From Candidatus Poribacteria bacterium (GTDB lineage: Bacteria; Poribacteria; WGA-4E; PCPOR2b), in contig OZ240245.1 in the NCBI GenBank assembly GCA_965198175.1, forward strand, positions 3,136,001 to 3,200,000: 64,000 nt of DNA. The letters run 5' to 3'. Both the position numbers and the translations under genes were made by a program. The notes under the pieces were generated by a model. That model saw only the letters and a list, made by a program, of their open reading frames with translations, made no database searches and was not told the origin of the DNA. This document shows, piece by piece, positions 20,120-30,733 of the stretch. The stretch's first letter is position 1; the number at the start of each line of letters is the position of its first letter.

Positions 20120-22925
20120 ATGACCCACCGCAAGAAGCTTATCGAGGTTGACCTACCGCTAGACGACATCAACCGCGAATCCGCCCTCGATAAATCCATC
20201 ACACACGGTCATCCGTCCACACTGCACAAGTGGTGGGCGGGCCGTCCGCTCGCTGCCTGCCGCGCTGTCATCTTTGCCAGCATGGTAGATGATCCCTCCT
20301 CCGTCCCCGATGAATTCCGCACTGATGACGAACAACATTGCGAGCGTGATCGCCTCCACGACATCCTCCGGAAGCTGGTTAAATGGAAGAACACTGACGA
20401 AAGCAAGCCTGCTGTGAGTGAACTCTTGGCGGACGCACGGTATGAAATCGCCCGCTCGGTGGCGCGTTCCCGGGGAGAATCAGCACCCACCGAGCCGGCA
20501 GAAGTGTTGAATTACTTACGGGACCAAACACTGCCGATATACGATCCCTTTGCCGGCGGCGGATCTATACCCCTTGAGGCACAGCGGCTTGGGTTGAAGG
20601 CTATCGCCTCAGACCTCAACCCGGTGGCGGTTCTCATCAACAAGGCGTTGATTGAGATACCTCCCAGGTTCCGCAATCGTCCTCCAGTGAATCCCGAGGC
20701 AGATCGGATCGGAATGACAGTTGGCAAAGGCAAAAAGAAGCAGCGTCTGCCTTGGCGCGGTGCGTCCGGGCTTGCGGACGACATCCGCTACTACGGGGCG
20801 TGGATGCGTGAGGAGGCGATCATGCGCATTGGACATCTCTACCCGAAGGTAACGCTACCCGACAGTAGCAATGCCACCGTGATTGCGTGGCTCTGGACGC
20901 GGATAGTCCCATGTCCGAATCCCGCCTGCGGGGTCCAGATGCCGCTGCTCAAAACCTTCCATATCTCTAAAAAGCAAAACAACCAACATTGGATTAAGCA
21001 TGTCGTCGACTACGAGGCGAAGCGCGTATCCTTTGTGGTGCAGAATCACAGCGGCGGCGTTCCTGAGGACGGCACGGTGGACCGGAACAGTGCGGCTTGC
21101 ATCGTATGCAACAACCCGGTTCGATTGTCTTATGTCCGTGAGCAGGCGAAGGCTGGTAATATGGATAAGCAGATGACTGCCATCGTCGTCGAAGGCGACC
21201 GCAGGCGGCTCTACGTGTCACCGACCGACTATCATATCCAAGTGTCAATATCCGCCGTACCCACTTGGCGACCTTCACAAAAAATGCCGAATACACCTAC
21301 TTTGGTAAGTGGTCGAGGATTTGGCATTACATATTGGCATGAGCTTTTCACTCCACGTCAACTCTCCGCCTTGACCACATTCAGCGATCTGCAAATAGCA
21401 GTTCGGAGTCGCATCATACAGGATGGGGGAGATGATGACTACACGGATGCCGTTTGTACATATCTTGCCCTTGCGATTGGACGAGAGGTAGATATGTGTT
21501 CAAGTTTTGACAGATGGCATAACTCTGGTGAAAAAATCACCGGAGTTTTTTGGTCGCCAGGCAATTCCGATGATTTGGGATTTTGCCGAATCCAATCCCT
21601 TCTCCAATTCAACAGGAAACTGGATGGCGCATATTAACTGGATTGCCAAGGTTGTTAAACGGCTGCCCGCAAATGTGAACGGCGGCGCAGTACACCAGGC
21701 GGATGCGTCCACGACGATTTACGCCCAAGATGGTCCGGTCATCGTCACAGACCCGCCCTACTACAACATCATCGACTACGCCGACCTGTCCGACTTCTTC
21801 TACGTGTGGCTGCGTCCGTTGCTCCGCGACGTTTACCCCGACCTTTTCGGCGGTATTCTGACCCCCAAAGATGAGGAGATGACAGCTATCCCCTCCCGAT
21901 TTGATAACCCCCGTCAGAGATTTGAGAATTTGCTGAACAAGACACTCAAGTTGATACGAGATCGATGCAGCCCAGAATTTCCATCCTCTATATTCTATGC
22001 CTACAAACAACAGGAGGAGGAGCGGGAAGGTAGGGCGTCCACCGGCTGGGAGACGATGCTTAGTGCTATCGTTTCTGCGGGCTTTCAGATAGTCGGTACT
22101 TGGCCGATGCGTACAGAAGGTTCAGTGAGATTAAATGCACGTGCTGCCAACGTCCTTGCTTCCTCTGTCGTCTTGGTCTGTCGCCCGCGTCCTAATGGTG
22201 CCCCTACCGCAACGCGCCGCCAATTTTTCGACGCACTAGCGCAGGAACTGCCCGCTGCACTCAATCAACTGACGCGAAAAGGGCACATTGCCCCGACCGA
22301 TCTGGCACAGGCTGCCATCGGTCCAGGGATGCAGATTTACTCCCGCTACAGCCGCGTGGAGACAATCAGCGGTGAATTGGTGTCGGTGCGGGAGGCACTG
22401 GTGGCAATTAACCGCGCAATCGCCGATTACGACGAGCGCCAAGAGGGCGATCTGGACTCGGAGAGCCGCTTCTGCCTCGACTGGCTCAAGCAGCACGGAT
22501 ATGAGGAGGGGCGGTACGGCGATGCGGAGACGCTGGCGCGCGCCAAGAACGTCGCCATCGGCAAATTGCAGGACGTTGACGGTCTGCTCACTGCCGAAGG
22601 TGGGAGGGTAAAGCTGCTGCCGCTTGATGCGTTTTCCGATAACGAACAGTTGACCCTCGGCAATACGACGGCGTGGAAGGGGTGTTTCCGAATGGCATAC
22701 CACCTGAGCCGAGAGGACGGCAAGGGTGTCTCAGGTGCAGCGGCAGTCGGACGGGAGATGGACGGCAGCGTCGAATCCGTCGAGCGGCTGGCACGTATCC
22801 TCTACAACCACTATGACCGAAAGAGCGATTCCCAGAATGCGGTTATCTTCAATAACCTCGTCACGGAGTGGGGTAACATCCGCAGTGCGATGGAAAACGA
22901 AGAACAACTCAGCATTCCCATTTAG
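20120..22925 (+). pseudogene. DUF1156-domain adenine methyltransferase (locus 2), +1 frameshift in T6 run at 21546-21551
   Basis: 5' ORF has LHKWWAGRPLAACRA and DPFAGGGSIPLEA. 3' ORF has RQAIPMIWDF and TDPPYY. Removing one T gives ITGVFGRQAIPMIWDF, matching HTFARQALPMMWDF in locus 1. Confidence 0.9.
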
Positions 22926-23062
22926 CTCCCTGTCAAAGAAACCGAGTTTTTACAAAAAACTGTATTAGTCACGGCGATGGTGGATGCTGATAACTATTGC
23001 TCGCTTGGTCTTGATTGCCAAATATAGACCAATTGTCGGACTTAGCGCAGGTGGAAACTCAA

Positions 23063-23095
23063 CCCCCTCTAGCTCCCCCTTAGCAAGGGGGAGGA
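23063..23095. repeat. GC-rich palindrome (REP-like hairpin)
   Basis: ctccccctt-agc-aagggggag, a 9-bp stem. Confidence 0.55.
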
Positions 23096-23183
23096 TTCTG
23101 CGAAAGAATCATCAACGTGCTAAATCATTCTGTTGACTTATACGGTATTTCCAAAATACTTCGGTTTCTCTAATTTTATCAAT

Positions 23184-23243
23184 ATGTATACATTTTATAC
23201 ATATCACACGCAATGTGTATAAAAATCAGCGAAAACTATACAC
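23184..23243. promoter_or_regulatory. operator-like block, copy 1
   Basis: ATGTATA-N5-TATACAT then GTGTATA-N15-TATACAC. Confidence 0.7.
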
Positions 23244-23330
23244 GTTCAGCCATTAAAGACGATTGACGTTGCGCATTTTTTTGACATAAGCCCCGAACGT
23301 CGATCGGCGAAATTATATTCAAGTGTCAAC

Positions 23331-23390
23331 ATGTATATATTATATACATATCACACATAGTATGTATAATAATCAGCAAAAACTATACAT
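23331..23390. promoter_or_regulatory. operator-like block, copy 2 (directly upstream of fic)
   Basis: ATGTATA-N5-TATACAT then ATGTATA-N15-TATACAT. Confidence 0.75.
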
Positions 23391-23437
23391 GTTGAAGGCA
23401 ACAACGATTGTTGTCCCGTACTTGAAGGCGGTGGAAC

Positions 23438-24532
23438 ATGAAAACGAGGACCCGATTCGATCCAAATACCCCATGGAACAACATTCCTCAGCTTCCACCA
23501 GTGACGGATATCGAATCGAACGACATACTCAGAGCGTGTATCTCGGCGAGTTCAGAGCTTACTAAGGCAAACGCCTTGGTGAAGATGTTACCAAACGAAG
23601 CGGTCTTGGTCCACACATTACCGGTTCAGGAGGCGCGCAGGAGTTCGGAAATCGAAAACATCGTTACCACGAACGATGAACTGTTTCGAGCCATGACCTC
23701 TAACAAAACCCAAATGACCCCTGCCACAAAAGAGGTGCTGCGCTACCGTGAAGCATTGTGGGAGGGCGTCAGTAGCCTGCGCGAGCGACCAATTCTGAAC
23801 ACACCGCTCTTCGAGCGAATCTGCTCACGTATACGTGATGTAGAGATGCGTGTGCGTAAATCTCAGGTGACGATTAGCAATCCAACCACACAGGAGGTCA
23901 TTTACACACCTCCCACCGGATACGAGAATCTCATCAGATTTTTAACTAACCTCGAGCACTTCATCAATGACAACGGCGACGAACTCCAACCGCTTGTAAA
24001 GATGGCGGTGATACACTACCAGTTCGAAGCGATACACCCGTTTACAGACGGCAACGGACGGACAGGACGGATACTCAACATCCTCTATCTGATACATCAA
24101 GGGCTGCTCGATGTACCAATACTTTACCTTAGCCGTTTCTTTATTCAGAATCGGTCTGAGTATTACCGTTATCTGCGCGAAGTTACAGAAGATGGAAACT
24201 GGCGGCAGTGGATACTCTACATGTTGGAGGCAGTAACACAGACATCGCAAGACACTGCCCGCAGGATAGAGGCAATTAATTCACTTATCAACAACGTAAA
24301 TATAAAGGCGCACGGCAAAACGAAAGCCATTGAACGCGAAGGCTTTGTTGACCTACTGTTCAAGTGGCCTTATTGCAAAATTAGTATTGTCGAGAACGAA
24401 CTGAAATGCAGTCGCATTACAGCCGCAAAATACCTGAACGAAATAGCGGAGCTTGGGTTGCTTGAACGCATGAAGGTCGGACGAGAATACTACTACATCA
24501 ACACGAGACTTATGGAATTGCTGTCAGAGTGA
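23438..24532 (+). CDS. Fic-family protein (class II, SoFic-like, C-terminal HTH)
   Basis: Inhibitory SSEIEN motif; catalytic HPFTDGNGRTGR; C-terminal CSRITAAKYLNEIAELGLL wHTH-like segment. Confidence 0.93.
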   Translation: MKTRTRFDPNTPWNNIPQLPPVTDIESNDILRACISASSELTKANALVKMLPNEAVLVHTLPVQEARRSSEIENIVTTNDELFRAMTSNKTQMTPATKEVLRYREALWEGVSSLRERPILNTPLFERICSRIRDVEMRVRKSQVTISNPTTQEVIYTPPTGYENLIRFLTNLEHFINDNGDELQPLVKMAVIHYQFEAIHPFTDGNGRTGRILNILYLIHQGLLDVPILYLSRFFIQNRSEYYRYLREVTEDGNWRQWILYMLEAVTQTSQDTARRIEAINSLINNVNIKAHGKTKAIEREGFVDLLFKWPYCKISIVENELKCSRITAAKYLNEIAELGLLERMKVGREYYYINTRLMELLSE

Positions 24533-24585
24533 AGTTACAGCGCATTTCGCGAGTAGAAATGAAAAACCAAATCCAATATATCAAT

Positions 24586-24724
24586 ATGTATATATTTTAT
24601 ACATATGACATATTATATGTATAAAAATCGGCAAAAAATATACACGTTGTAAAGTATAACAGAGGCTGTTCCGTACTTGAGGCCTTGAAACATGACATCG
24701 ATGGCACGATTTGATTCAAATACA
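24586..24724 (+). promoter_or_regulatory. operator-like block copy 3, with a duplicated fic leader and first 11 codons
   Basis: Same two palindromes; ccgtacttga is conserved; MTSMARFDSNT compares with Fic MKTRTRFDPNT. Confidence 0.75.
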
Positions 24725-24785
24725 GGAGTTTCCTTAAGAATTGCCGTCAAATCTTCTTTTAGCGTTTCCGTCCACTCATTAACTC

Positions 24786-25178
24786 ATGTCCAACACATCT
24801 TCCAGTTGCACCAACCCATTCTCCGTGAAGTACCGATTAGAGCGCGAGCGTCAGCCGTTTACGCGGGAGACGGTGCTACAACTACCGAGTGATCGGTGCG
24901 GACTGTATTCACTGTGGCTACCGACAGGTACAGAGGATGCGCCGGAACGCCTTTACGTCGGTCAATCCACAACGTGCGTGCGTCGACGCCTGCTCCAGCA
25001 CCTTTCGAACGAAGATAATCCAGACTTAAGGCGGCAACTCCGCATGTTTCGTGATCTCGTCGAGTTTTCGGTGGTGTTCACAGCGGGAGAAACGGAGACG
25101 TTAGAATTGGAAACAACGCTGATTCAAGAGTGGCAACCGGAGACGAACCGGTACAAGTTAAAATCCCGCGATGATTAA
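24786..25178 (+). CDS. small GIY-YIG nuclease-family protein
   Basis: CGLYSLW...LYVGQS...VRRRLLQH...LELE..LI...QPETN. Confidence 0.8.
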   Translation: MSNTSSSCTNPFSVKYRLERERQPFTRETVLQLPSDRCGLYSLWLPTGTEDAPERLYVGQSTTCVRRRLLQHLSNEDNPDLRRQLRMFRDLVEFSVVFTAGETETLELETTLIQEWQPETNRYKLKSRDD

Positions 25179-25255
25179 GTAAACTATCATTGACGCTCAA
25201 ATTAAGTTGAGACGTGGTCCCCCCGTTTCCCTATCGCGGATTATTGGTGTTTCTG

Positions 25256-26938
25256 CTAACCTCCATTTGCAATCGAGTTATTGTACGGGATTTGCAGTGT
25301 ATCCATTGCCTGCTGCGCGGCGCGAATTCCCGTATAGCACGCCTCTTCAAAAAGGGGGAGCCCTGTTACATCTGAATGTGCAAAGAATATCGCTCCAAAT
25401 GGTCGATTCCGTAACGCCCGCTCTTGATGCCAGATGAAGTTCGGCGTCGGTCGAATCATTGCATGTCCCCATTTGTAGAGGTCAATTTGCGTAATCTGCT
25501 TTTCAATTTCAGGGTGCATCCGCCACAAATCTTTCATGATTTCGTTTACCCAAAAGCTGTGCCCCTTTTCTAGGAGTTCTCGCCGCTTGACCTCTGGAGA
25601 TTTATCGAAAGGCATATAGTAAGTAATGACCGATGGGCGATCGTGTCCGTCCGAATTGCGGGTTTGATGATTTGCGACAATGTAACCAAGCGCTTCGCTT
25701 TCGTACATGACATTGTCCCAAGCGATCTGGCTATGGCTAGTCTTTGGAAGGTGTTTGAGGTGGATGCTCGCGGTTAACCACGCGGTGTATTCACACTGTT
25801 GAAAAGCGTTGAGTTGATCCTCTGGAAGTTCGGGTATGATGTATTTCGCAATATGCTTCTGTCCTGCGTAGATGGCTGTTTTGCTCCGCAAAGTGGTAAA
25901 CTGACGACTTCGTGAATCCATGAAGGTGACGAGAACCTCGTCCCCAAGCTGGCGAATTGAGAGTGCCAGTGAATTGAGACGAACGTTGTCCGGGGTGAAG
26001 TGCCCTGCCATGCCATTCACCAGAAAAGCGTTCCCTTCAGGCCAGGTGAGCGTATGGACGGGAAAGCTATCTTGCAGCTCGTCTGAATAGTAGCGGCAAG
26101 CATAATAATGGATACCTGCCCACGCTGAAACCTGATCTATTGGACAGGCGTAATCATCTCGACATCCGTAGTTGACAAACCAGTCCAACCGCTCCGAATT
26201 CCACCCTTTCTGCCGCATGTATTCGTGCATGGTGATTTGATCCAGCGCTCGGACTTCATGATCGGCGCTGCTATATTCAATAGGCAGCGTAAAGGCGCGC
26301 CGCCCATCGCTACCCATGTAAAGCATCCAGCGAAGCATATCCATTTGAAATTCTTCGAACGCTTGTCTATCCGCATCGGTTCCACTCGCAAAGGGATTGA
26401 GCCCATCTACCCAACCCCCTCTGACAAAGAGCCGCTCTTTCGGTTCGCGTAGGATATATTCTGGGTTCACGATGGGCCACCCTTGATCAGTGTAGTCCAG
26501 AACTACCTTGAGGTCTTCGAGCACCTCAAGGATACAGTCTGCCTCTGGCGGTGGCGTAACGATGTAGTGCGCTGCCCAAGGGAATGCTGTGCCGTTCGCC
26601 CCTCCGGAGATTGACGTGCCGCCCAACTGCCTGTCTAGATCAAGGATGACGAAATCGGTGACGCCGGAATTCGCTAGCTTCCAGCCAGCGCTGACACCTG
26701 AAACCCCACCCCCGACAATGATCGCAGCGTATCGCCTATCAGAGGGTGGAGGAAACATCTGATCAGGGGGAGGTTGCCGGACGAAATGCCCAACGCCGCT
26801 CTGCTCGCCAATGATTTCGCCGGGGATGTCAAAGCGGGGCGGTGGCTTGGGGCGGCTCGGTGAACAGTGCGGCAGTAATGGCGATGTGAGTCCGAGCAGG
26901 CTTAATTTCAGAAAACGACGACGGGTAATTGAAGGCAT
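25256..26938 (-). CDS. Tat-exported FAD-dependent oxidoreductase (amine oxidase-like)
   Basis: TRRRFLK Tat motif with possible lipobox Cys; GGGVSG FAD motif; WGHAMIRP; FEEACYTG. Confidence 0.85.
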   Translation of the reverse strand: MPSITRRRFLKLSLLGLTSPLLPHCSPSRPKPPPRFDIPGEIIGEQSGVGHFVRQPPPDQMFPPPSDRRYAAIIVGGGVSGVSAGWKLANSGVTDFVILDLDRQLGGTSISGGANGTAFPWAAHYIVTPPPEADCILEVLEDLKVVLDYTDQGWPIVNPEYILREPKERLFVRGGWVDGLNPFASGTDADRQAFEEFQMDMLRWMLYMGSDGRRAFTLPIEYSSADHEVRALDQITMHEYMRQKGWNSERLDWFVNYGCRDDYACPIDQVSAWAGIHYYACRYYSDELQDSFPVHTLTWPEGNAFLVNGMAGHFTPDNVRLNSLALSIRQLGDEVLVTFMDSRSRQFTTLRSKTAIYAGQKHIAKYIIPELPEDQLNAFQQCEYTAWLTASIHLKHLPKTSHSQIAWDNVMYESEALGYIVANHQTRNSDGHDRPSVITYYMPFDKSPEVKRRELLEKGHSFWVNEIMKDLWRMHPEIEKQITQIDLYKWGHAMIRPTPNFIWHQERALRNRPFGAIFFAHSDVTGLPLFEEACYTGIRAAQQAMDTLQIPYNNSIANGG

Positions 26939-26973
26939 TTCTGTTTGATTCTAGACTACTTTCCTTTACAGCA

Positions 26974-28668
26974 CTAAAGAAAATCGAAGTCGCAACCCAG
27001 GTGGGCTTGTTCAACGTGATCGATATAGAGCTTGCCATAGCCTCTCTCGTAATGGTGAGCAGGGTGAGTGAGATTATCCCTGCGTTTCGCCAGTACCTCT
27101 GTGTCTACCAATAGTTCTAAGCGTTTATTGGGGACATCCAGTTCAATCAGGTCGCTGTCCTGTACCAGCGCTAGTGTGCCTCCAACAGCCGCTTCTGGTG
27201 ATACGTGCAGCACGACGGCGCCAAATGCCGTTCCACTCATGCGAGCGTCCGAGATACGAACGATATCTTTGACACCAGCCTGTAGGAGTTTTTTCGGAAT
27301 GGGCAGATAACCCGCTTCCGGCATTCCCGGTCCACCGATGGGTCCCGCGTTCTGAAGCACCATCACGTGTTCCTTTGTGACCTGTAGGTCCGGGGCATCA
27401 ATACGGTCGTGTAGGTCTTCAAGCGACTTAAAAACAATCGCGGGACCTCGATGGGAAAGTAGATTGGGAGAAGCGGCAGAACGTTTGATAACGGCGCCGT
27501 TTGGCGCGAGGTTGCCAAAGAGGCAGACGAGCGAACCCGCCCCGAACAGCGGTTTGTCTCTGGTTGTAATCACATCCTGCCAAGTTGGGGGTTGAGGAAC
27601 CCCGGACAGGTTTTCGCCGACAGTTGTTCCTAGGACAGTGAGTGCGTCTGGATGCAGAAAATCTTCCAGTGCTTTCATGACAACCGGAACCCCACCCGCC
27701 TTCCAGAAATCTTCCATATAATGCTGACCGCTCGGTCTAACGTTCACCAACACCGGCGTCTCATCGCTAACCCGATTAAAATCTTCGAGACTCAGTTGAA
27801 TCTTTAAGCGCCTTGCAATAGCCGTCAGGTGGATGACCGCATTCGTCGAACCGCCAATCGCCATGAGGACTCTCAGTGCGTTCTCGAATGATTTCTGCGT
27901 CATTATCTTTGACGGACGCAGTTGTTTTCGTATCATTGAGACAATGGTTTTGCCCGTAGCCTCTGCCTGTCGACGACGCTCCGCCATCACAGCAGGAATC
28001 GCGGCTCCGCCGGGCAGCATGATACCGAGCGCCTCTGCCATCGCTGCCATCGTACTAGCCGTTCCCATCACCATGCACGTGCCGGTACTGGCACATAGGC
28101 GACCCTCAATTTCATCGATTTCCTGCTTCCCGATTTCACCCGCGCGGTATTCTCTCCAGAATCGGCGACAATCGGTGCATGCTCCGAGCGGTTCGCCATG
28201 ATAATCTCCCGTTATCATTGGCCCTGCGACCAAACAGATTGCAGGCACATCCACACTTGCCGCACCCATCAACTGGGCGGGGACAGTCTTATCACAGCCG
28301 CCTAATAGGACGACGCCGTCCATCGGTTGGGCGCGAATCATCTCTTCTGTGTCCATCGCCATTAGGTTGCGGAACATCATGGTCGTGGGCGCCATAAACA
28401 TCTCTCCGAGCGAAATTGTCGGAAATTCGATTGGCAATCCGCCCTGAGACAATACACCCCTTTTGACCGCCTCGATTAGGTCACCGAAATTGTGATGACA
28501 ACTGTTAAAGCCGCTGAAGGTGTTGATGATTCCGACGATTGGTCGCTCAAGCTCCTCATCAGTGTACCCCATCGCCTTAAAAAACGCTTTGCGAATGTAT
28601 ACGCTAAACTCGGGGTCGCCGTAGTTCGTCAAGCCTTTTCTCATTCCTGTTGAACGATCTGATTCCAT
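26974..28668 (-). CDS. IlvD/Edd-family dehydratase (sugar-acid/dihydroxy-acid)
   Basis: [40 protein letters not shown]. Confidence 0.93.
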   Translation of the reverse strand: MESDRSTGMRKGLTNYGDPEFSVYIRKAFFKAMGYTDEELERPIVGIINTFSGFNSCHHNFGDLIEAVKRGVLSQGGLPIEFPTISLGEMFMAPTTMMFRNLMAMDTEEMIRAQPMDGVVLLGGCDKTVPAQLMGAASVDVPAICLVAGPMITGDYHGEPLGACTDCRRFWREYRAGEIGKQEIDEIEGRLCASTGTCMVMGTASTMAAMAEALGIMLPGGAAIPAVMAERRRQAEATGKTIVSMIRKQLRPSKIMTQKSFENALRVLMAIGGSTNAVIHLTAIARRLKIQLSLEDFNRVSDETPVLVNVRPSGQHYMEDFWKAGGVPVVMKALEDFLHPDALTVLGTTVGENLSGVPQPPTWQDVITTRDKPLFGAGSLVCLFGNLAPNGAVIKRSAASPNLLSHRGPAIVFKSLEDLHDRIDAPDLQVTKEHVMVLQNAGPIGGPGMPEAGYLPIPKKLLQAGVKDIVRISDARMSGTAFGAVVLHVSPEAAVGGTLALVQDSDLIELDVPNKRLELLVDTEVLAKRRDNLTHPAHHYERGYGKLYIDHVEQAHLGCDFDFL

Positions 28669-28792
28669 AGTGTCTTAGCCTTCCTTTAATCACCTATTCT
28701 GATCGCCATCGCTGAATCCGCAACCACATGTCAGGGCAACATTAGCAGAGTGAAGACGACTCAATCAAGATCCAATTTCACAGTGTTCAACG

Positions 28793-30733
28793 TCAGTTCA
28801 ACACGGGATGCCATCCCATATTATACGTTGTGATCTTTGTTACAGCGCTGATGATACTCCAGATGCCACCCATCGTATAATCTCCAAGTATCAAGCCGGC
28901 AAAGAATGGGATGGCTTTCCGATATGCCCTCAAACCGCCATACCTGAGGATTATGAACTTGAGCCACCAACTTATGAGGACTGGAACCCAGATGTAGACC
29001 ATCTCTGCCGGGCTTACGCCGAGCACATACCCCACCGGGTGGAAGGGCCACCAAAGGAACCGCATCTTCATCGCTAAGAAAAAGCCAGTGAGAACACAAC
29101 CTAGCCCCATAAAACCCATCGTCGCGTAATCTTGTCCCGTTGGAAAAGTCAACCAAGTTTGGAGGCGCTGCCCTAGACCTTCCCTTCCAACCCCCATGAT
29201 GAAGGATGTTGCCGGGTTCGCTGCGCCGTGGTGATACAATATGTCGAAGTATATCAGGAAAGTCGCCGGAATCCCGACGGCAAAAGTGATAATCACCGCC
29301 CAGAACAATCTCCGAGAGTTCATGTTGACCTGCTCACCAATCCGAAAAGCTTCGAGTTGACTTGGCATTGGATGCGCGGCCTGATCTCGATTGAGCCAAT
29401 ACAGAAATGAGAGAATGGTCAAGTTCCGGGGACCAAATGCCCGTGTACCCAACGATGTAACCATCGTCCGTCCAGGATCTACCCATAACAACTCATGCAC
29501 AGTAACGCCGAGGCTCGCTCTAATTTTACTTATGCCAATTGCCGTGCAGAAGTACAACAACAAGAACAGCAGCATCACCCAAATCGAGAAACTCGCTTTA
29601 TACGCGAACCAGACGAAAAACAGCAGTCCCCCTGCGATGCCCAAGAGCGCGGTCCGATAAGGCATCGGTTCTTTTGAGTCATCAATGCCCCCTTTTCCGG
29701 TAAATGCTTGTGTGAACACCCGTTTGAGGTGTCTACGTCCAACCCACAACGCCAAGATTCCCAGAGCGTTCCATGCACCTTGGGCTTGTTCATCGAGATA
29801 CAAATTCCGCCAGCCCATCGTGGCGCCTAAGAGTAGTTGTGTCAACTTTTTGAGGAAGTAAAAAAACCACGCGGAAAAGGCGAGATCTAGCGGCATAAAA
29901 AAGGAGAGCCCGATAACAAAAGGTTGGAACGAAATGCGCGTATAGACCATGTAACTCCACGGCTTCTCATTGAAACTGAACCGCGTCCACCCAACCGGGA
30001 CAGACGGCAGAGAGGGATACAGATTGCTCAACCCGTTCAACAAACTAATACCCGCCGCGATTCCAAAACCTATCCACATCAGCCTGTTTTTTAAGAAGGC
30101 GACAGGATCTCGGCCCATCTCCAGCGGCATCCAAGTAATCGGATAGGTGAGCCGCTCGTGCTCGGTAAATTGCCTTCGAATAATTGTGTTAATGCAAATG
30201 AGGACAAAGAAAAGGACAAAGGTAAAAGCCGACCAATACGCGATGGGTTTAAACCAGACGCTGAGAAAATGTGGGGTGAACAATGTCGTCTCCCCGTGAA
30301 AAAAGCCGATTAGCGCCTTCTCGTCTGTTGTCGTAAACCACTCGGGAATATATCGCCAGAAGAGATTGCGCCAATCATTTTCTGCAGTGGCAAACCAGTA
30401 TGGGTGGACGAGGGTTCCGACCAATTTGCTCATGGTCTGGTGTCCAGCTACGGTCGTTATCATGACAACCATGATGTAGACGACCAGGAGGTCGGAGTCC
30501 GACAGCGCGAATTTTCGAACCAATTTCCGCAGCAGAAGATTGAAGAGCGTCAGCACAAAAAACGTGAAAACGGCATTGCTGAACAGCGACATGTAATTGT
30601 GTTTTGGCCCTGTAATCAGGTCGTTTCTTCCGACCCAATAGGCGTTAGCAACGACAAAGATTAGTCCGATTACCACGGCCCGCAAGGCAATACTTCTTGA
30701 CGTGTCGCTACTGATAGGCGTGGATTGATTCAC
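28793..30733 (-). CDS. polytopic membrane protein, DUF6785/DUF6784-like putative transporter
   Basis: Many TM segments; ERLTYPI; WWPFHPVGY; YGGLRAYRKAIPFFAGLILGD. Confidence 0.75.
   Translation of the reverse strand: MNQSTPISSDTSRSIALRAVVIGLIFVVANAYWVGRNDLITGPKHNYMSLFSNAVFTFFVLTLFNLLLRKLVRKFALSDSDLLVVYIMVVMITTVAGHQTMSKLVGTLVHPYWFATAENDWRNLFWRYIPEWFTTTDEKALIGFFHGETTLFTPHFLSVWFKPIAYWSAFTFVLFFVLICINTIIRRQFTEHERLTYPITWMPLEMGRDPVAFLKNRLMWIGFGIAAGISLLNGLSNLYPSLPSVPVGWTRFSFNEKPWSYMVYTRISFQPFVIGLSFFMPLDLAFSAWFFYFLKKLTQLLLGATMGWRNLYLDEQAQGAWNALGILALWVGRRHLKRVFTQAFTGKGGIDDSKEPMPYRTALLGIAGGLLFFVWFAYKASFSIWVMLLFLLLYFCTAIGISKIRASLGVTVHELLWVDPGRTMVTSLGTRAFGPRNLTILSFLYWLNRDQAAHPMPSQLEAFRIGEQVNMNSRRLFWAVIITFAVGIPATFLIYFDILYHHGAANPATSFIMGVGREGLGQRLQTWLTFPTGQDYATMGFMGLGCVLTGFFLAMKMRFLWWPFHPVGYVLGVSPAEMVYIWVPVLISWWLKFIILRYGGLRAYRKAIPFFAGLILGDYTMGGIWSIISAVTKITTYNMGWHPVLN

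Noticed and set aside
23184..24645. Three 60-bp blocks as CRISPR or attC repeats
   Set aside because: Spacing is irregular (147 and 1255 bp), there are no GTTRRRY cores, and no integrase or cas gene.
24692..24892. 66-aa ORF as a real gene
   Set aside because: Only the first 11 codons are fic-derived; the rest overlaps the GIY-YIG gene out of frame.
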